Assembly (NCBI GenBank): GCA_965278965.1
Contig: OZ257127.1
Span: 2,676,911 to 2,740,910 of the forward strand
Direction: 5' to 3'
From: Actinomycetes bacterium
Lineage (GTDB): Bacteria > Actinomycetota > Actinomycetes > S36-B12
Length of the DNA: 64,000 nt
A program made the position numbers and the translations under genes. Shown piece after piece: positions 35,385 to 45,996 of the stretch; positions within the stretch are counted from its first letter, which is position 1; each line of letters starts with the position of its first letter. The notes below the pieces were generated by a model. That model worked only from the letters and a program-made list of their open reading frames with translations, did not search any database and had not been told where the DNA came from.

Positions 35385-36614
35385 ATGCGGCGCTCACGGA
35401 CGTTCGCGGCGGCGCTGGCTGCCGGAGCGGTGGCGGCGGCGACGCTGACCGCCGCGCCCGCCGCCCACGCGGCGACCCCCATCGTCATCTGGTCCGATGC
35501 GGCGCACGCCCCCGTCCTGGAGCAGCTGCTCAAGGACGGCTACCAGGGCTCGCCCGTCACCGTCGTCACTAAGGACCCGGCGACGGTCCGCGACGACCTC
35601 GTCGCGGCCAAGGCCGGCACGGCGCCCGACCTCGTGTGGGGTGACCTCGCCTGGACCGGCCCGCTGGCCGAGGCGAAGGTCATCGTCCCGGTGGTCATGG
35701 GCGCCAAGCGCGCCGCGAAGTTCCGGCCCAACGTGCGCGCCGGCAACCGGGTCGGCGCTGACAACTACGGCGTGCCGGTGCAGATCAGCAACCTGGCCCT
35801 GGTGACGAACACGACGCTCGTCCCGACCCAGCCGACGACGTTCGCCGACCTGTCCGCGAAGGCCCTGAAGCTGGTCAAGAACAAGAAGGCGAAGGTGCCC
35901 TTCGCCCTTCCCCAGGGCAACGGGGCGAACCCGTACACGACGTTCCCCCTGTTCAGCGGCGTGGGCGGCTACCTGTTCGGCACGGCGAAGGCCGGCGGCC
36001 TGGACCCCAAGGACGTCGGGCTCGCCAGCAAGGCCCTGAAGAAGAACTCCGGGCAGATCGACGGCTGGAACGCCTCCGGGCTGCTCGACCCGGCGATGAC
36101 CGTCGACGCCGCCCGCAACGCCTTCGTGAAGGGCCGCTCGCCGTTCTGGCTCGCCGGTCCCGAGGAGCTGGCCACGTTGATGAAGCTCAGCTTCGTCTAC
36201 CGGATCGGGTCGGTGCCGCCGGTCGTCGCGGGCCGCAAGGCGGTGCCGCTGCTGACGATCCAGGGGGTCATGGTCACGCGCTTCGCGGAGAAGCACGGCG
36301 TCGCCGAGCAGGCCGCCGCGCTCGCGACGAAGTACCTCACGCGCCCGGGCGTGCAGCAGGCGCTCGCGAAGGCGTCCGGCTGGTACCCGGCGAACACGGT
36401 CGCGGCGGCGAAGGTCGACACCGGCGGCGGGCGGGTCCGGGCGATCGGCAACGCCGGGGCCGACGGCGTGCCGATGCCGAACATCGCCCAGGCCGCAGCC
36501 GTGTGGGAGCCGTACGGCACGGCGTGGTCCGCGTCGACCGCCGGGCCGTCCGCGACCCCGGCGAAGAAGGCGTTCACGATCGCCGAGAAGGCTGCCGTCT
36601 CGGCCATCGGCTAG
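35385..36614 (+). CDS. extracellular solute-binding protein (sugar/maltodextrin ABC-type), orphan
   Basis: 409 aa. Signal peptide ending AAPAAHA-ATP. Family-1 SBP-like sequence. No permease or ATPase genes adjacent. Confidence 0.8.
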   Translation: MRRSRTFAAALAAGAVAAATLTAAPAAHAATPIVIWSDAAHAPVLEQLLKDGYQGSPVTVVTKDPATVRDDLVAAKAGTAPDLVWGDLAWTGPLAEAKVIVPVVMGAKRAAKFRPNVRAGNRVGADNYGVPVQISNLALVTNTTLVPTQPTTFADLSAKALKLVKNKKAKVPFALPQGNGANPYTTFPLFSGVGGYLFGTAKAGGLDPKDVGLASKALKKNSGQIDGWNASGLLDPAMTVDAARNAFVKGRSPFWLAGPEELATLMKLSFVYRIGSVPPVVAGRKAVPLLTIQGVMVTRFAEKHGVAEQAAALATKYLTRPGVQQALAKASGWYPANTVAAAKVDTGGGRVRAIGNAGADGVPMPNIAQAAAVWEPYGTAWSASTAGPSATPAKKAFTIAEKAAVSAIG

Positions 36615-36626
36615 GCCTCCGGCGGG

Positions 36627-36653
36627 TTTGCACTCACCCGCGTCGAGTGCTAA
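36627..36653 (+). promoter_or_regulatory. CIRCE operator (HrcA binding site) 1
   Basis: TTTGCACTC-N9-GAGTGCTAA against the consensus TTAGCACTC-N9-GAGTGCTAA (1 mismatch). Upstream of groEL. Confidence 0.85.
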
Positions 36654-36661
36654 CTTCGGGG

Positions 36662-38360
<1,699 letters not shown>

Positions 38361-38380
38361 TCCACGCGCACTGAACGGCG

Positions 38381-38412
38381 GCGGGCCGGTCTCCTTCGGG
38401 AGGCCGGCCCGC
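38381..38412 (+). terminator. rho-independent terminator candidate after groEL
   Basis: GCGGGCCGGTCTCC, loop TTCG, then GGAGGCCGGCCCGC: a 14-bp stem with one G-U pair, followed by TTCGCTGTGTG. Confidence 0.7.
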
Positions 38413-38577
38413 TTCGCTGTGTGCGGGCCCGGCTACAGCAGCTCGATCCGCCGCGTCCGCTGCGCGGAGAGCAGGTCTGGGAGCACGGCCCGTGTCGGCG
38501 GGCCATCTTCGCCCAATACGGCCCGTGCAGTGGCAAGGTTCGCCCCGGGGGCACGGCGGACCTGAGAGGTCGAGGCG

Positions 38578-41031
38578 ATGATTCGCGGCTACGTGGATGC
38601 ACGCGTCCGTGCCGAGCTGTTGGCCCCCGTCGCCGACGAGCGCCTCCTCATGCAGGCCCTCGAGCGTTCCGCCATCGCCTCGTGCCTGGTCGCACCTGAC
38701 GGCGCCGTCCTCTGGGCTAACGACGCGATGTGCGCCTTGTTCGCCCGGACGGCCGACGAGCTCGGCCGCTCGACCTGGCAGCAGCTGACACACGCCGATG
38801 ACCTGACCAGCGACCAGTACCTGGTCGACGACGTCATCGCGGGCCAGCGCGACTCCTACCGGCTGCGTAAGCGGTACCTGCGGCCCGACGGCTCGATCGT
38901 CTGGGGGGACCTCACGGTGTCCGCAGTCCGTGATGCCTCCGACGCGCTCCGCGTCTTCCTCTCGCAGGTGGTCGACGTCACCACGGAGGTCGCGCGAACC
39001 GAGCGGTTCCGCGTGCTGTCCGAGAACGCCGCTGACTTCATCGTCGAGTCGACGCACGACGAGATCGTCGAGTGGATATCACCCAGCATCGAGCAGGTGC
39101 TCGGCTGGACCGCCGAGCAGCTCGTCGGCACGCGGTTCGCCGACCTGATCCACCCCGAGGACCGCGGTGACGAGCCGTCGGCAGGAGCATCCGCCGACCT
39201 CGACATGCCATCGTCGCCGCGGTTCGGCACCCGGGTGCGGTGCGCCGACGGTACCTACCGCCACCTGGTCGCTCGCACGGTCACGGTGCCCAGCACGGCC
39301 GACCATGCGTCGATTCGTGTCGATGCGTGGCGCGACGTCGAGGCCGAGGCGCTCGCCGTCGCGGCTGCGCTGAGGTCGAGCATCCTGCTGACCGGCGAGC
39401 TCGACGCCGAACTTGACGGGCGCGTGATCTTCACCGCCGTACGCGACGACGCCGGCGCGATCGTCGACTTCGAGTACGCCGAGGCGAACCTGGCCGCCTG
39501 CCGCAGCCTGTCGCTGACGCGCAGCGAGATCGTCGGCCATCGGATGACGGATCTGTTTCCGCAGGCCGAGCTGACGGGCCGGCTGCAGGAGTACGCCCGC
39601 GTCGTGGAGACCGGCTTGCCCCAGGTCTGGGAGGCCCGGGCCGTGCCTGGCCGCGACGGCACGGACGTCGCCTACTTCGACGCGCGGATCGTCAAGGTCC
39701 TCGACGGGGTGTCCTACGCCTGGCGCGACGTCACCGCACGCGTGCGGGCCGAGCAGCGGCTTGCTGCGTCCGAACGCGAGCTCCGCCTCATCGCCGACAG
39801 TGTCACCGACGTCGTCGCGATGGCCGACGCGGCAGGAACGATCACGTACATGTCCCCTGCCGTGACGCGGACGCTGGGATGGGAGCCCGCCGACCTCGTC
39901 GGCAAGGCCCCGGGCCACCTCATCCACCCCGACGACCGAAGCGTGCTCCGCACGGCAACGGAGCGGGCCGAGGCCGGAGAAGCGACCCGCTCCCTGGCCC
40001 GGGTCCGGCACAAGGATGGCCACTACCGGTGGGTCGAGTCGGCGGTCAGCCCCGCGCTCGACGCGGACGGCACGCTCATCGGGCGCACCGCGGTGTGGCG
40101 CGACGTCACCGACCGGGTCCTGCTCGACGAGCAACGCGCCGTCGCGGAACAACAGCTCTCGACGTCGGAGGAGCACTACCGGCTGCTCGCCGAGAACACC
40201 GCCGACATCGTGATCCTCATCAGGGACGGGCGCGTCGACTGGATCTCCCCGTCGGTCGAGCACGAGTTCGGGGCGCCTCCCAGCGAATGGGTCGGGCGAT
40301 CCGCCCGGGCATGCGTCGATGCCGACGACGTGCCGGCGCTTCGCCAGATCCTCGTCGCGGTCCTACGCGGGGAGCACCGGGTGTTCCGCGCGCGTGGCGT
40401 CTCACCCCGCGGGGAGACGCACTGGATCGAGGCGCATGCCCGTCCGTACTTCGACGCCGACGGCAGCCTCACCGGGCTGATCGCGACGTACCGCGTCATC
40501 GACAACCTCATCGAGGTCGAGGCCGAGCTGGACCGGCGCGCACGATTCGACGAGCTGACCGGGCTGCTCAACCGGTCCGAGGCTCTACGCCGGATCGCGG
40601 AGGTCGCGACCCACACGCCCCGCCGCGGGTGGCGCACCGCCGTGCTGTTCTGCGACGTCGACCGTTTCAAGGACATCAACGACGGCTACGGGCACGCGGC
40701 GGGCGACGAGGTCCTGCGCGCGCTCGGCGAGCGCATCGCGTCAGTCATCCGCGGCACGGACGACGCGGCGCGGATCGGCGGCGACGAGCTGCTCGTGCTC
40801 CTGCCCGGCGTGCACTCCCTCGACGACGCCACTGCTGTCGCGGAGAAGATCCACGAGATCGCGTCGGAGCCGGTCGCCGTCGCCGGGGGTCTGGAGGTCG
40901 TCCCGCGGCTGAGCATCGGCGTCACGGTCCTGCGACCGGGCGAGACGTCCGAGCAGCTCATCGAGCGCGCCGACGACGCGATGTACCTGGCGAAGAAGGC
41001 CGGCCGCAACCGCATCGTCGCTATCGACTGA
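38578..41031 (+). CDS. multi-PAS sensor diguanylate cyclase (GGDEF domain, GGDEL variant)
   Basis: 817 aa. Repeated PAS-like segments. C-terminal GGDEF domain (RFDELTGLLNRSEAL ... RGTDDAARIGGDELLVLLPG ... AMYLAKKAGRNR). Confidence 0.9.
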   Translation: MIRGYVDARVRAELLAPVADERLLMQALERSAIASCLVAPDGAVLWANDAMCALFARTADELGRSTWQQLTHADDLTSDQYLVDDVIAGQRDSYRLRKRYLRPDGSIVWGDLTVSAVRDASDALRVFLSQVVDVTTEVARTERFRVLSENAADFIVESTHDEIVEWISPSIEQVLGWTAEQLVGTRFADLIHPEDRGDEPSAGASADLDMPSSPRFGTRVRCADGTYRHLVARTVTVPSTADHASIRVDAWRDVEAEALAVAAALRSSILLTGELDAELDGRVIFTAVRDDAGAIVDFEYAEANLAACRSLSLTRSEIVGHRMTDLFPQAELTGRLQEYARVVETGLPQVWEARAVPGRDGTDVAYFDARIVKVLDGVSYAWRDVTARVRAEQRLAASERELRLIADSVTDVVAMADAAGTITYMSPAVTRTLGWEPADLVGKAPGHLIHPDDRSVLRTATERAEAGEATRSLARVRHKDGHYRWVESAVSPALDADGTLIGRTAVWRDVTDRVLLDEQRAVAEQQLSTSEEHYRLLAENTADIVILIRDGRVDWISPSVEHEFGAPPSEWVGRSARACVDADDVPALRQILVAVLRGEHRVFRARGVSPRGETHWIEAHARPYFDADGSLTGLIATYRVIDNLIEVEAELDRRARFDELTGLLNRSEALRRIAEVATHTPRRGWRTAVLFCDVDRFKDINDGYGHAAGDEVLRALGERIASVIRGTDDAARIGGDELLVLLPGVHSLDDATAVAEKIHEIASEPVAVAGGLEVVPRLSIGVTVLRPGETSEQLIERADDAMYLAKKAGRNRIVAID

Positions 41032-41052
41032 CGGAACGGTTCCCGTTCGCCC

Positions 41053-41105
41053 ACCTTGAGGTTCAGAGGGCTTCACGGCCCGCGAAACCCTCTGAACCTC
41101 AAGGT
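41053..41105. repeat. palindromic intergenic element B (18-bp perfect stem, 17-nt loop); terminator-like
   Basis: ACCTTGAGGTTCAGAGGG, a 17-nt loop, then CCCTCTGAACCTCAAGGT. Same outer arms and loop length as 16371-16425. Confidence 0.6.
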
Positions 41106-41130
41106 CGACGGCGGTGGCAGGATCGCACGC

Positions 41131-41424
41131 ATGTCTGTCGTGAAGATCAACGCCATCTCCGTCCCCGCCGGCGCCGGCCCCGAGCTGGAGGCGCGGTTCG
41201 CCGCCCGCAAGCACGCCGTCGACTCCCAACCGGGGTTCGAGGGCTTCCAGCTGCTGCGCCCCGTCGCCGGCGACGCCCGCTACTTCGTCGTGACGACGTG
41301 GGCGAGCCAGGAGGCCTTCGAGGCCTGGCGGGACGGTGCGGCACGTCAGGCGCACGCCGGCCAGGGCGCGCCCGTCTCCACCGGCGCCGACCTGCTGGAG
41401 TTCGAGGTCGTCGACCTCGGCTGA
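41131..41424 (+). CDS. antibiotic-biosynthesis-monooxygenase (ABM/IsdG-like) domain protein
   Basis: 97 aa from ATG 41131. ferredoxin-like ABM pattern (GFEGFQLLRPVAGDARYFVVTTWASQEAFEAW). Confidence 0.75.
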   Translation: MSVVKINAISVPAGAGPELEARFAARKHAVDSQPGFEGFQLLRPVAGDARYFVVTTWASQEAFEAWRDGAARQAHAGQGAPVSTGADLLEFEVVDLG

Positions 41425-41485
41425 TCGCCGCGGTTGCCCGTCGTGGTCCGCAGCCGCCCGTGAGGGCTCATGGCAAGGTGGTCGC

Positions 41486-41968
41486 ATGACGGGCACCTGG
41501 ACGGTCGAGACGGTCGATGGCGCAGTGGTCCGCCTTCAGAGCGGGTCGGTCGGGCTGATGAAGATCGACGTCTCCGCCCCCGTCTCCGGCGGCGAGCTGC
41601 GGGTCGACGGCGACGCCGTGACCTTCGACCTGCGCCTAGCCCTCGACCAGCTGCGGACCGGCTTCCTGATGCAGCGCGCCGCGCGGGGGATCGTCACGCG
41701 GAACGACGCCCACGAGCTCGTCTACACCGGGACGGGCACCTCCGGGCCGCCGATCCACGTGACCGGCCACGCCGTCGCCGGCTCGATCGACGTGGAGCTC
41801 GAGCTGACGATCACCCCGATCGGCCCCGAGGCGTCGCCGTTCGACGAGGTCGAGCTCACCGGCTCCGCGAGCCTGGGCACCGTGCACCTGCCGCTGCCGG
41901 GGATGAGCACCATCGATGACTTCTCCTTCGACGTCGACGCTCGGCTCGCGCTGCGCCCGCGGCCGTGA
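41486..41968 (+). CDS. hypothetical protein (possibly YceI-like fold)
   Basis: 160 aa from ATG 41486. High GC3. Its stop overlaps the glpD start (GTGA). Fold assignment is weak. Confidence 0.5.
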   Translation: MTGTWTVETVDGAVVRLQSGSVGLMKIDVSAPVSGGELRVDGDAVTFDLRLALDQLRTGFLMQRAARGIVTRNDAHELVYTGTGTSGPPIHVTGHAVAGSIDVELELTITPIGPEASPFDEVELTGSASLGTVHLPLPGMSTIDDFSFDVDARLALRPRP

Positions 41969-43473
41969 CGTCGGACCGCCCGGACGCCCTCGGTCCCGGG
42001 ACCAGGGCGGCCGCCCTTGCCGCGTTGGCCGACGGCGTGCTCGACGTGCTCGTCGTCGGCGCCGGCGCCACCGGGTGCGGGACCGCGCTCGACGCGGCGA
42101 CGCGGGGGCTGCGGGTCGGGCTCGTCGACGCGGGCGACATCGCCGGCGGCACGTCGAGCCGGTCCTCGAAGCTCGTCCACGGCGGGCTGCGCTACCTGCA
42201 GACCGGCGACGTCGCCCTGGTCCGCGAGGCACTGGCCGAGCGGGAACTCCTGCTCACCCGGCTCGCCCCGCGGCTCGTGCGCCCGCTGCCGTTCCTCGTC
42301 CCGCTGCGCCACGGGTGGGACCGCGTCTACCTCGGGGCCGGGCTCACCGCCTACGACCGGCTGGCCCGGTCCGGCCTGCTGCCCGGCCACGCGCGGCTGA
42401 CCGCCGAGGAGGCGCTCGCCGAGTTCCCCGACCTGCGCTCGGAGCGGCTCGTCGGCGCGCTGCGGTACTACGACGCGCAGATGGACGACGCGCACCTGGC
42501 GGTGGCGCTGGCCCGGACCGCGGCGGGCGCAGGCGTACCGGTCGCGACGTACGCGTCGTTGGAGTCGGCGACCGGTGAGCCGGACGGCGACGGCGTGCGT
42601 CGCGTCGTGTTGCGGGACGAGCTCACCGGCGAGCGCGTGACGGTCGCGGCCCGGTGCGTGTGCCTGTGCGTCGGCGCGTGGGCACCGCAGGCCTCGGCCC
42701 TGTTCCGCGCCGGGGAGGAGGACGTCGAGGTTGTGCGCTCCAAGGGCGTGCACCTACGGCTGCCCCGGTCCGCGATCGACGGCAGCTCGGCGATCATCGC
42801 GCCGACTGGGGAGAGCGTCCTGTTCATCCTGCCCAACGCGACGCACTGGCTCGTCGGCACGACGGACACGAGCTGGGCCGGCCGGCCGGAGGACGTCGCC
42901 GTCGAGCCCGAGGACGTCGCGTACCTGCTCGACCGGCTGCGCGAGGTCGTCGCGAGCGACGTCGACGCGGGCGACGTGACGTACGCGTTCGCCGGCGTAC
43001 GCCCGTTGGCCCGGGACACCGGCGTCGGCGGCAGCACGGCGCGCGTGTCGCGGGAGCACCGGATCTCACAGGTCGCCGACGGGGTGCTGGCCATCGTCGG
43101 CGGCAAGTGGACGACCTACCGGATCATGGCCCGCGACCTCGTCGACACCGTCGTGGAGCAGCTCGGCCTGCCCCAGCGCCCGTGCCTGACCGACACGATC
43201 GCGCTGGTCGACGCGCGTGACGAGGAGGTCGAGGCGCTCGTCGGCGCCGACCCGACGCTGGCCGAGCCGCTCGTCGACGCCCCCGGGTTCCGGCGGGTCG
43301 ACGTCGTCCAGGCGGTCCAGCACGACGGCGCGATGACGGTCGACGACGTGGTGGAGCGCCGGCTGCGGCTGCCGCTCGAACTCGACGCCGTCACCCCCGC
43401 GGTGCTGGCGGAGGTCGCGTCGCTCGTCGCGTTCGCCGTTGCCGTCGACGGACCGACCCCGCCGGCCCGCTGA
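41965..43473 (+). CDS. glpD: FAD-dependent glycerol-3-phosphate dehydrogenase/oxidase
   Basis: 502 aa. VLVVGAGATGCGTALDAATRGLRVGLVDAGDIAGGTSSRSSKLVHGGLRYLQ is typical of the GlpD N-terminus. Confidence 0.85.
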   Translation: MTSDRPDALGPGTRAAALAALADGVLDVLVVGAGATGCGTALDAATRGLRVGLVDAGDIAGGTSSRSSKLVHGGLRYLQTGDVALVREALAERELLLTRLAPRLVRPLPFLVPLRHGWDRVYLGAGLTAYDRLARSGLLPGHARLTAEEALAEFPDLRSERLVGALRYYDAQMDDAHLAVALARTAAGAGVPVATYASLESATGEPDGDGVRRVVLRDELTGERVTVAARCVCLCVGAWAPQASALFRAGEEDVEVVRSKGVHLRLPRSAIDGSSAIIAPTGESVLFILPNATHWLVGTTDTSWAGRPEDVAVEPEDVAYLLDRLREVVASDVDAGDVTYAFAGVRPLARDTGVGGSTARVSREHRISQVADGVLAIVGGKWTTYRIMARDLVDTVVEQLGLPQRPCLTDTIALVDARDEEVEALVGADPTLAEPLVDAPGFRRVDVVQAVQHDGAMTVDDVVERRLRLPLELDAVTPAVLAEVASLVAFAVAVDGPTPPAR

Positions 43474-43515
43474 GGTCGACCGGGACGTGCGGGACGTGCG
43501 GGACGGGGCGGACGG

Positions 43516-45153
43516 TCAGGCGACGTCGCTCGCGTCGACGATCCGGTAGGAGTACCCCTGCTCGGCCAGGAACCGCTGGCGGTGCTGGGCGAAGTCGGCA
43601 TCGACGGTGTCACGGGTGACGATCGAGTAGAAGTGCGCGGCGCGCCCGTCGCCCTTGGGCCGCAGCACGCGCCCCAGCCGCTGCGCCTCCTCCTGCCGCG
43701 AGCCGAACGTGCCGCTGACCTGGATCGCGACCCCGGCTTCCGGCAGGTCGACGGAGAAGTTCGCGACCTTGCTGACGACGAGCACCCGCGTCTCGCCGGA
43801 GCGGAACGACGCGAACAGGCGCTCGCGCTCGCGGACGGTCGTCTCGCCGGTGATGACCGGGGCTTCCAGGTGCTCCCCGAGCTCTGCCAGCTGGTCGAGG
43901 TACTGCCCGATCACCAGGACCCGGTCGTCGGTGTGCCGGCGGGCGATCTCCTCGGTCACGCGGATCTTCTCGGGGGCGCAGGCCGCGAGCCGGTAGCGGT
44001 CCTCGGGCTCGGCCATCGCGTACGCCATCCGGTCGGCGTCGGGCAGCGTGATGCGGACCTCCACGCAGTCGGCCGGCGCGATGTAGCCCTGCGCCTCGAT
44101 GTCCTTCCACGGGGCGTCGTAGCGCTTCGGCCCGATGAGGGAGAACACGTCGGACTCCCGGCCGTCCTCCCGTACGAGGGTCGCGGTGAGCCCGAGCCGG
44201 CGACGGGACTGGATGTCGGCCGTGAACCGGAAGATCGGCGCAGGCAGCAGGTGGACCTCGTCGTAGATGATCAGGCCCCAGTCGCGTGAGTCGAAGACCT
44301 CCAGGTGTGGGTAGACGCCCTTCCGCTTCGTCGTCATGACCTGGTACGTCGCGATCGTGACGGGCCGGATCTCCTTGCGGGCGCCGGAGTATTCGCCGAT
44401 CTCGTCGGCCGTCAGGGTCGTGCGGCGCAGGAGCTCGTCGCGCCACTGGCGTGCGGCCACGGTGTTGGTCACCAGGATCAGCGTCGTCGCCTGGGCCAGC
44501 GCCATCGCGAGTGCGCCGACGATCGTCTTGCCCGACCCGCACGGCAGCACGACGACCCCGGAGCCGCCGTGCCAGAAGCCCTCGGCGGCCTCGGTCTGGT
44601 ACGGACGCGGCTGCCACTGCTCGGCGGCGAGACCGATCGCGTGCCGCTCGCCGTCGACGTAGCCGGCGACGTCCTCCGCCGGCCAGCCGAGCTTGACGAG
44701 GGCCTGCTTGAGGTGGCCGCGCTCGCTCGGGTGAACGATCACCGTGGTGTCGTCGACGCGCGCCCCCAGCAGCGGCGCGACCTTGCGGCTGCGCAGTACC
44801 TCCTCGAGCACCGGAACGTCGATCGCCTGCAGGACCAGCCCGTGGACGGGGTGGTTCGCGACCTGCAGCCGGCCGTACCGCGCCATCGTCTCGGCGACGT
44901 CGACGAGCAGCGCGTGCGGGACGGGGTAGCGCGAGTAACGCAGGAGCGTGTCGACGACCTGCTCGGCATCGTGCCCGGCCGCGCGCGCGTTCCACAGCCC
45001 CAGGGGGGTCAGCCGGTACGTGTGGACGTGCTCAGGTGCGCGCTCCAGCTCGGCGAACGGGGCGATCGCCTTGCGGCACTCGGCGGCACCCTCGTGGTCG
45101 ATCTCAAGCAGGAGGGTCTTGTCGCTCTGCACGATCAGGGGTCCGCCGGTCAT
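43516..45153 (-). CDS. ercc3: XPB/ERCC3-type DNA repair helicase (SF2)
   Basis: 545 aa. N-terminal damage-recognition-like domain. Walker A CGSGKT and DEVH box (IIYDEVHLLPA). C-terminal helicase motifs. Confidence 0.9.
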   Translation of the reverse strand: MTGGPLIVQSDKTLLLEIDHEGAAECRKAIAPFAELERAPEHVHTYRLTPLGLWNARAAGHDAEQVVDTLLRYSRYPVPHALLVDVAETMARYGRLQVANHPVHGLVLQAIDVPVLEEVLRSRKVAPLLGARVDDTTVIVHPSERGHLKQALVKLGWPAEDVAGYVDGERHAIGLAAEQWQPRPYQTEAAEGFWHGGSGVVVLPCGSGKTIVGALAMALAQATTLILVTNTVAARQWRDELLRRTTLTADEIGEYSGARKEIRPVTIATYQVMTTKRKGVYPHLEVFDSRDWGLIIYDEVHLLPAPIFRFTADIQSRRRLGLTATLVREDGRESDVFSLIGPKRYDAPWKDIEAQGYIAPADCVEVRITLPDADRMAYAMAEPEDRYRLAACAPEKIRVTEEIARRHTDDRVLVIGQYLDQLAELGEHLEAPVITGETTVRERERLFASFRSGETRVLVVSKVANFSVDLPEAGVAIQVSGTFGSRQEEAQRLGRVLRPKGDGRAAHFYSIVTRDTVDADFAQHRQRFLAEQGYSYRIVDASDVA

Positions 45154-45192
45154 TGGACGAGCCTACGTTGCTCGGCGGCGTGGCTAGGTACC

Positions 45193-45996
45193 GTGCTCCG
45201 CGTGACGGATACGGCGGGGGCGTGGCAGGACGCGAGCCGCGCCGCGCACGCGGCGGGAGTCGAGGTTCGCGTGCCCGCCTCCCTCGCCGGGTTCGACGAG
45301 GCCCGCCTCGTCTTCGATGCGACGTGGCCCGCCCTGGACGGGAGCACACAGGTCACGCCGAACCTGCTGCGGGCGGCAGAGCACGCCGGCGGCTACGTCG
45401 CGACCGCCTACGCCGGCGACAGTCCGATCGGCGCCGCGTTCGCGTTCGTCGGTCGGCACCAGGACGACGCCGGCACGTGGCATGACCACCTCCACTCGCA
45501 CCTCGCCGCGGTTCTGCCTGCGCACCGCGACCGTCACGTCGGCCGCGCGCTCAAGCTGCACCAGCGCGCGTGGGCGATCGAGCAGGGGATCGATACTGTC
45601 GTCTGGACGTTCGACCCGCTTGTGCGCCGCAACGTCCGGCTCAACCTCCTTCACCTCGGCGTCGAGGTCGACGGCTTCGTGCCCGACTTCTACGGAAGCC
45701 TGGCCGACGGCATCAACGACGGGGACCCGACCGACCGGCTGTTCGCGCGGTGGCGGCTGCGATCCGACCGGGTCGCCCGAGCCGTCACAACCGGACTGGA
45801 TCCGACGAAGCCCGCCGCGGACGATCGGGTGATCGCCCTGCCACCTGACATCGTCGCGATCCGCGCCGCCGATCCGGGCGCTGCGAGCCGGTGGCGGATG
45901 GACGTCCGTCACGCTCTCCTCGCCGCGATCGGCGACGGGCTCACGGTCGTCGGGATATCGCCCGGCGGCGACCTGGTTCTCGGGAGGACGCGATGA
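45193..45996 (+). CDS. GNAT-like acyltransferase family protein (COG3375-type), start uncertain
   Basis: GTG 45193 is the first start after the convergent helicase gene. 267 aa. HVGRALKLHQRAWAIEQGIDTVVWTFDPL segment. Its stop overlaps the next start (ATGA). Confidence 0.6.
   Translation: MLRVTDTAGAWQDASRAAHAAGVEVRVPASLAGFDEARLVFDATWPALDGSTQVTPNLLRAAEHAGGYVATAYAGDSPIGAAFAFVGRHQDDAGTWHDHLHSHLAAVLPAHRDRHVGRALKLHQRAWAIEQGIDTVVWTFDPLVRRNVRLNLLHLGVEVDGFVPDFYGSLADGINDGDPTDRLFARWRLRSDRVARAVTTGLDPTKPAADDRVIALPPDIVAIRAADPGAASRWRMDVRHALLAAIGDGLTVVGISPGGDLVLGRTR

Noticed and set aside
43481-43493. Shared 13-mer CGGGACGTGCGGG between the glpD/XPB gap and the 61-bp repeat unit, as evidence for a common element
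   Set aside because: A single 13-nt GC-rich match within 64 kb of 70%+ GC sequence is within chance expectation. The flanks show no further similarity.
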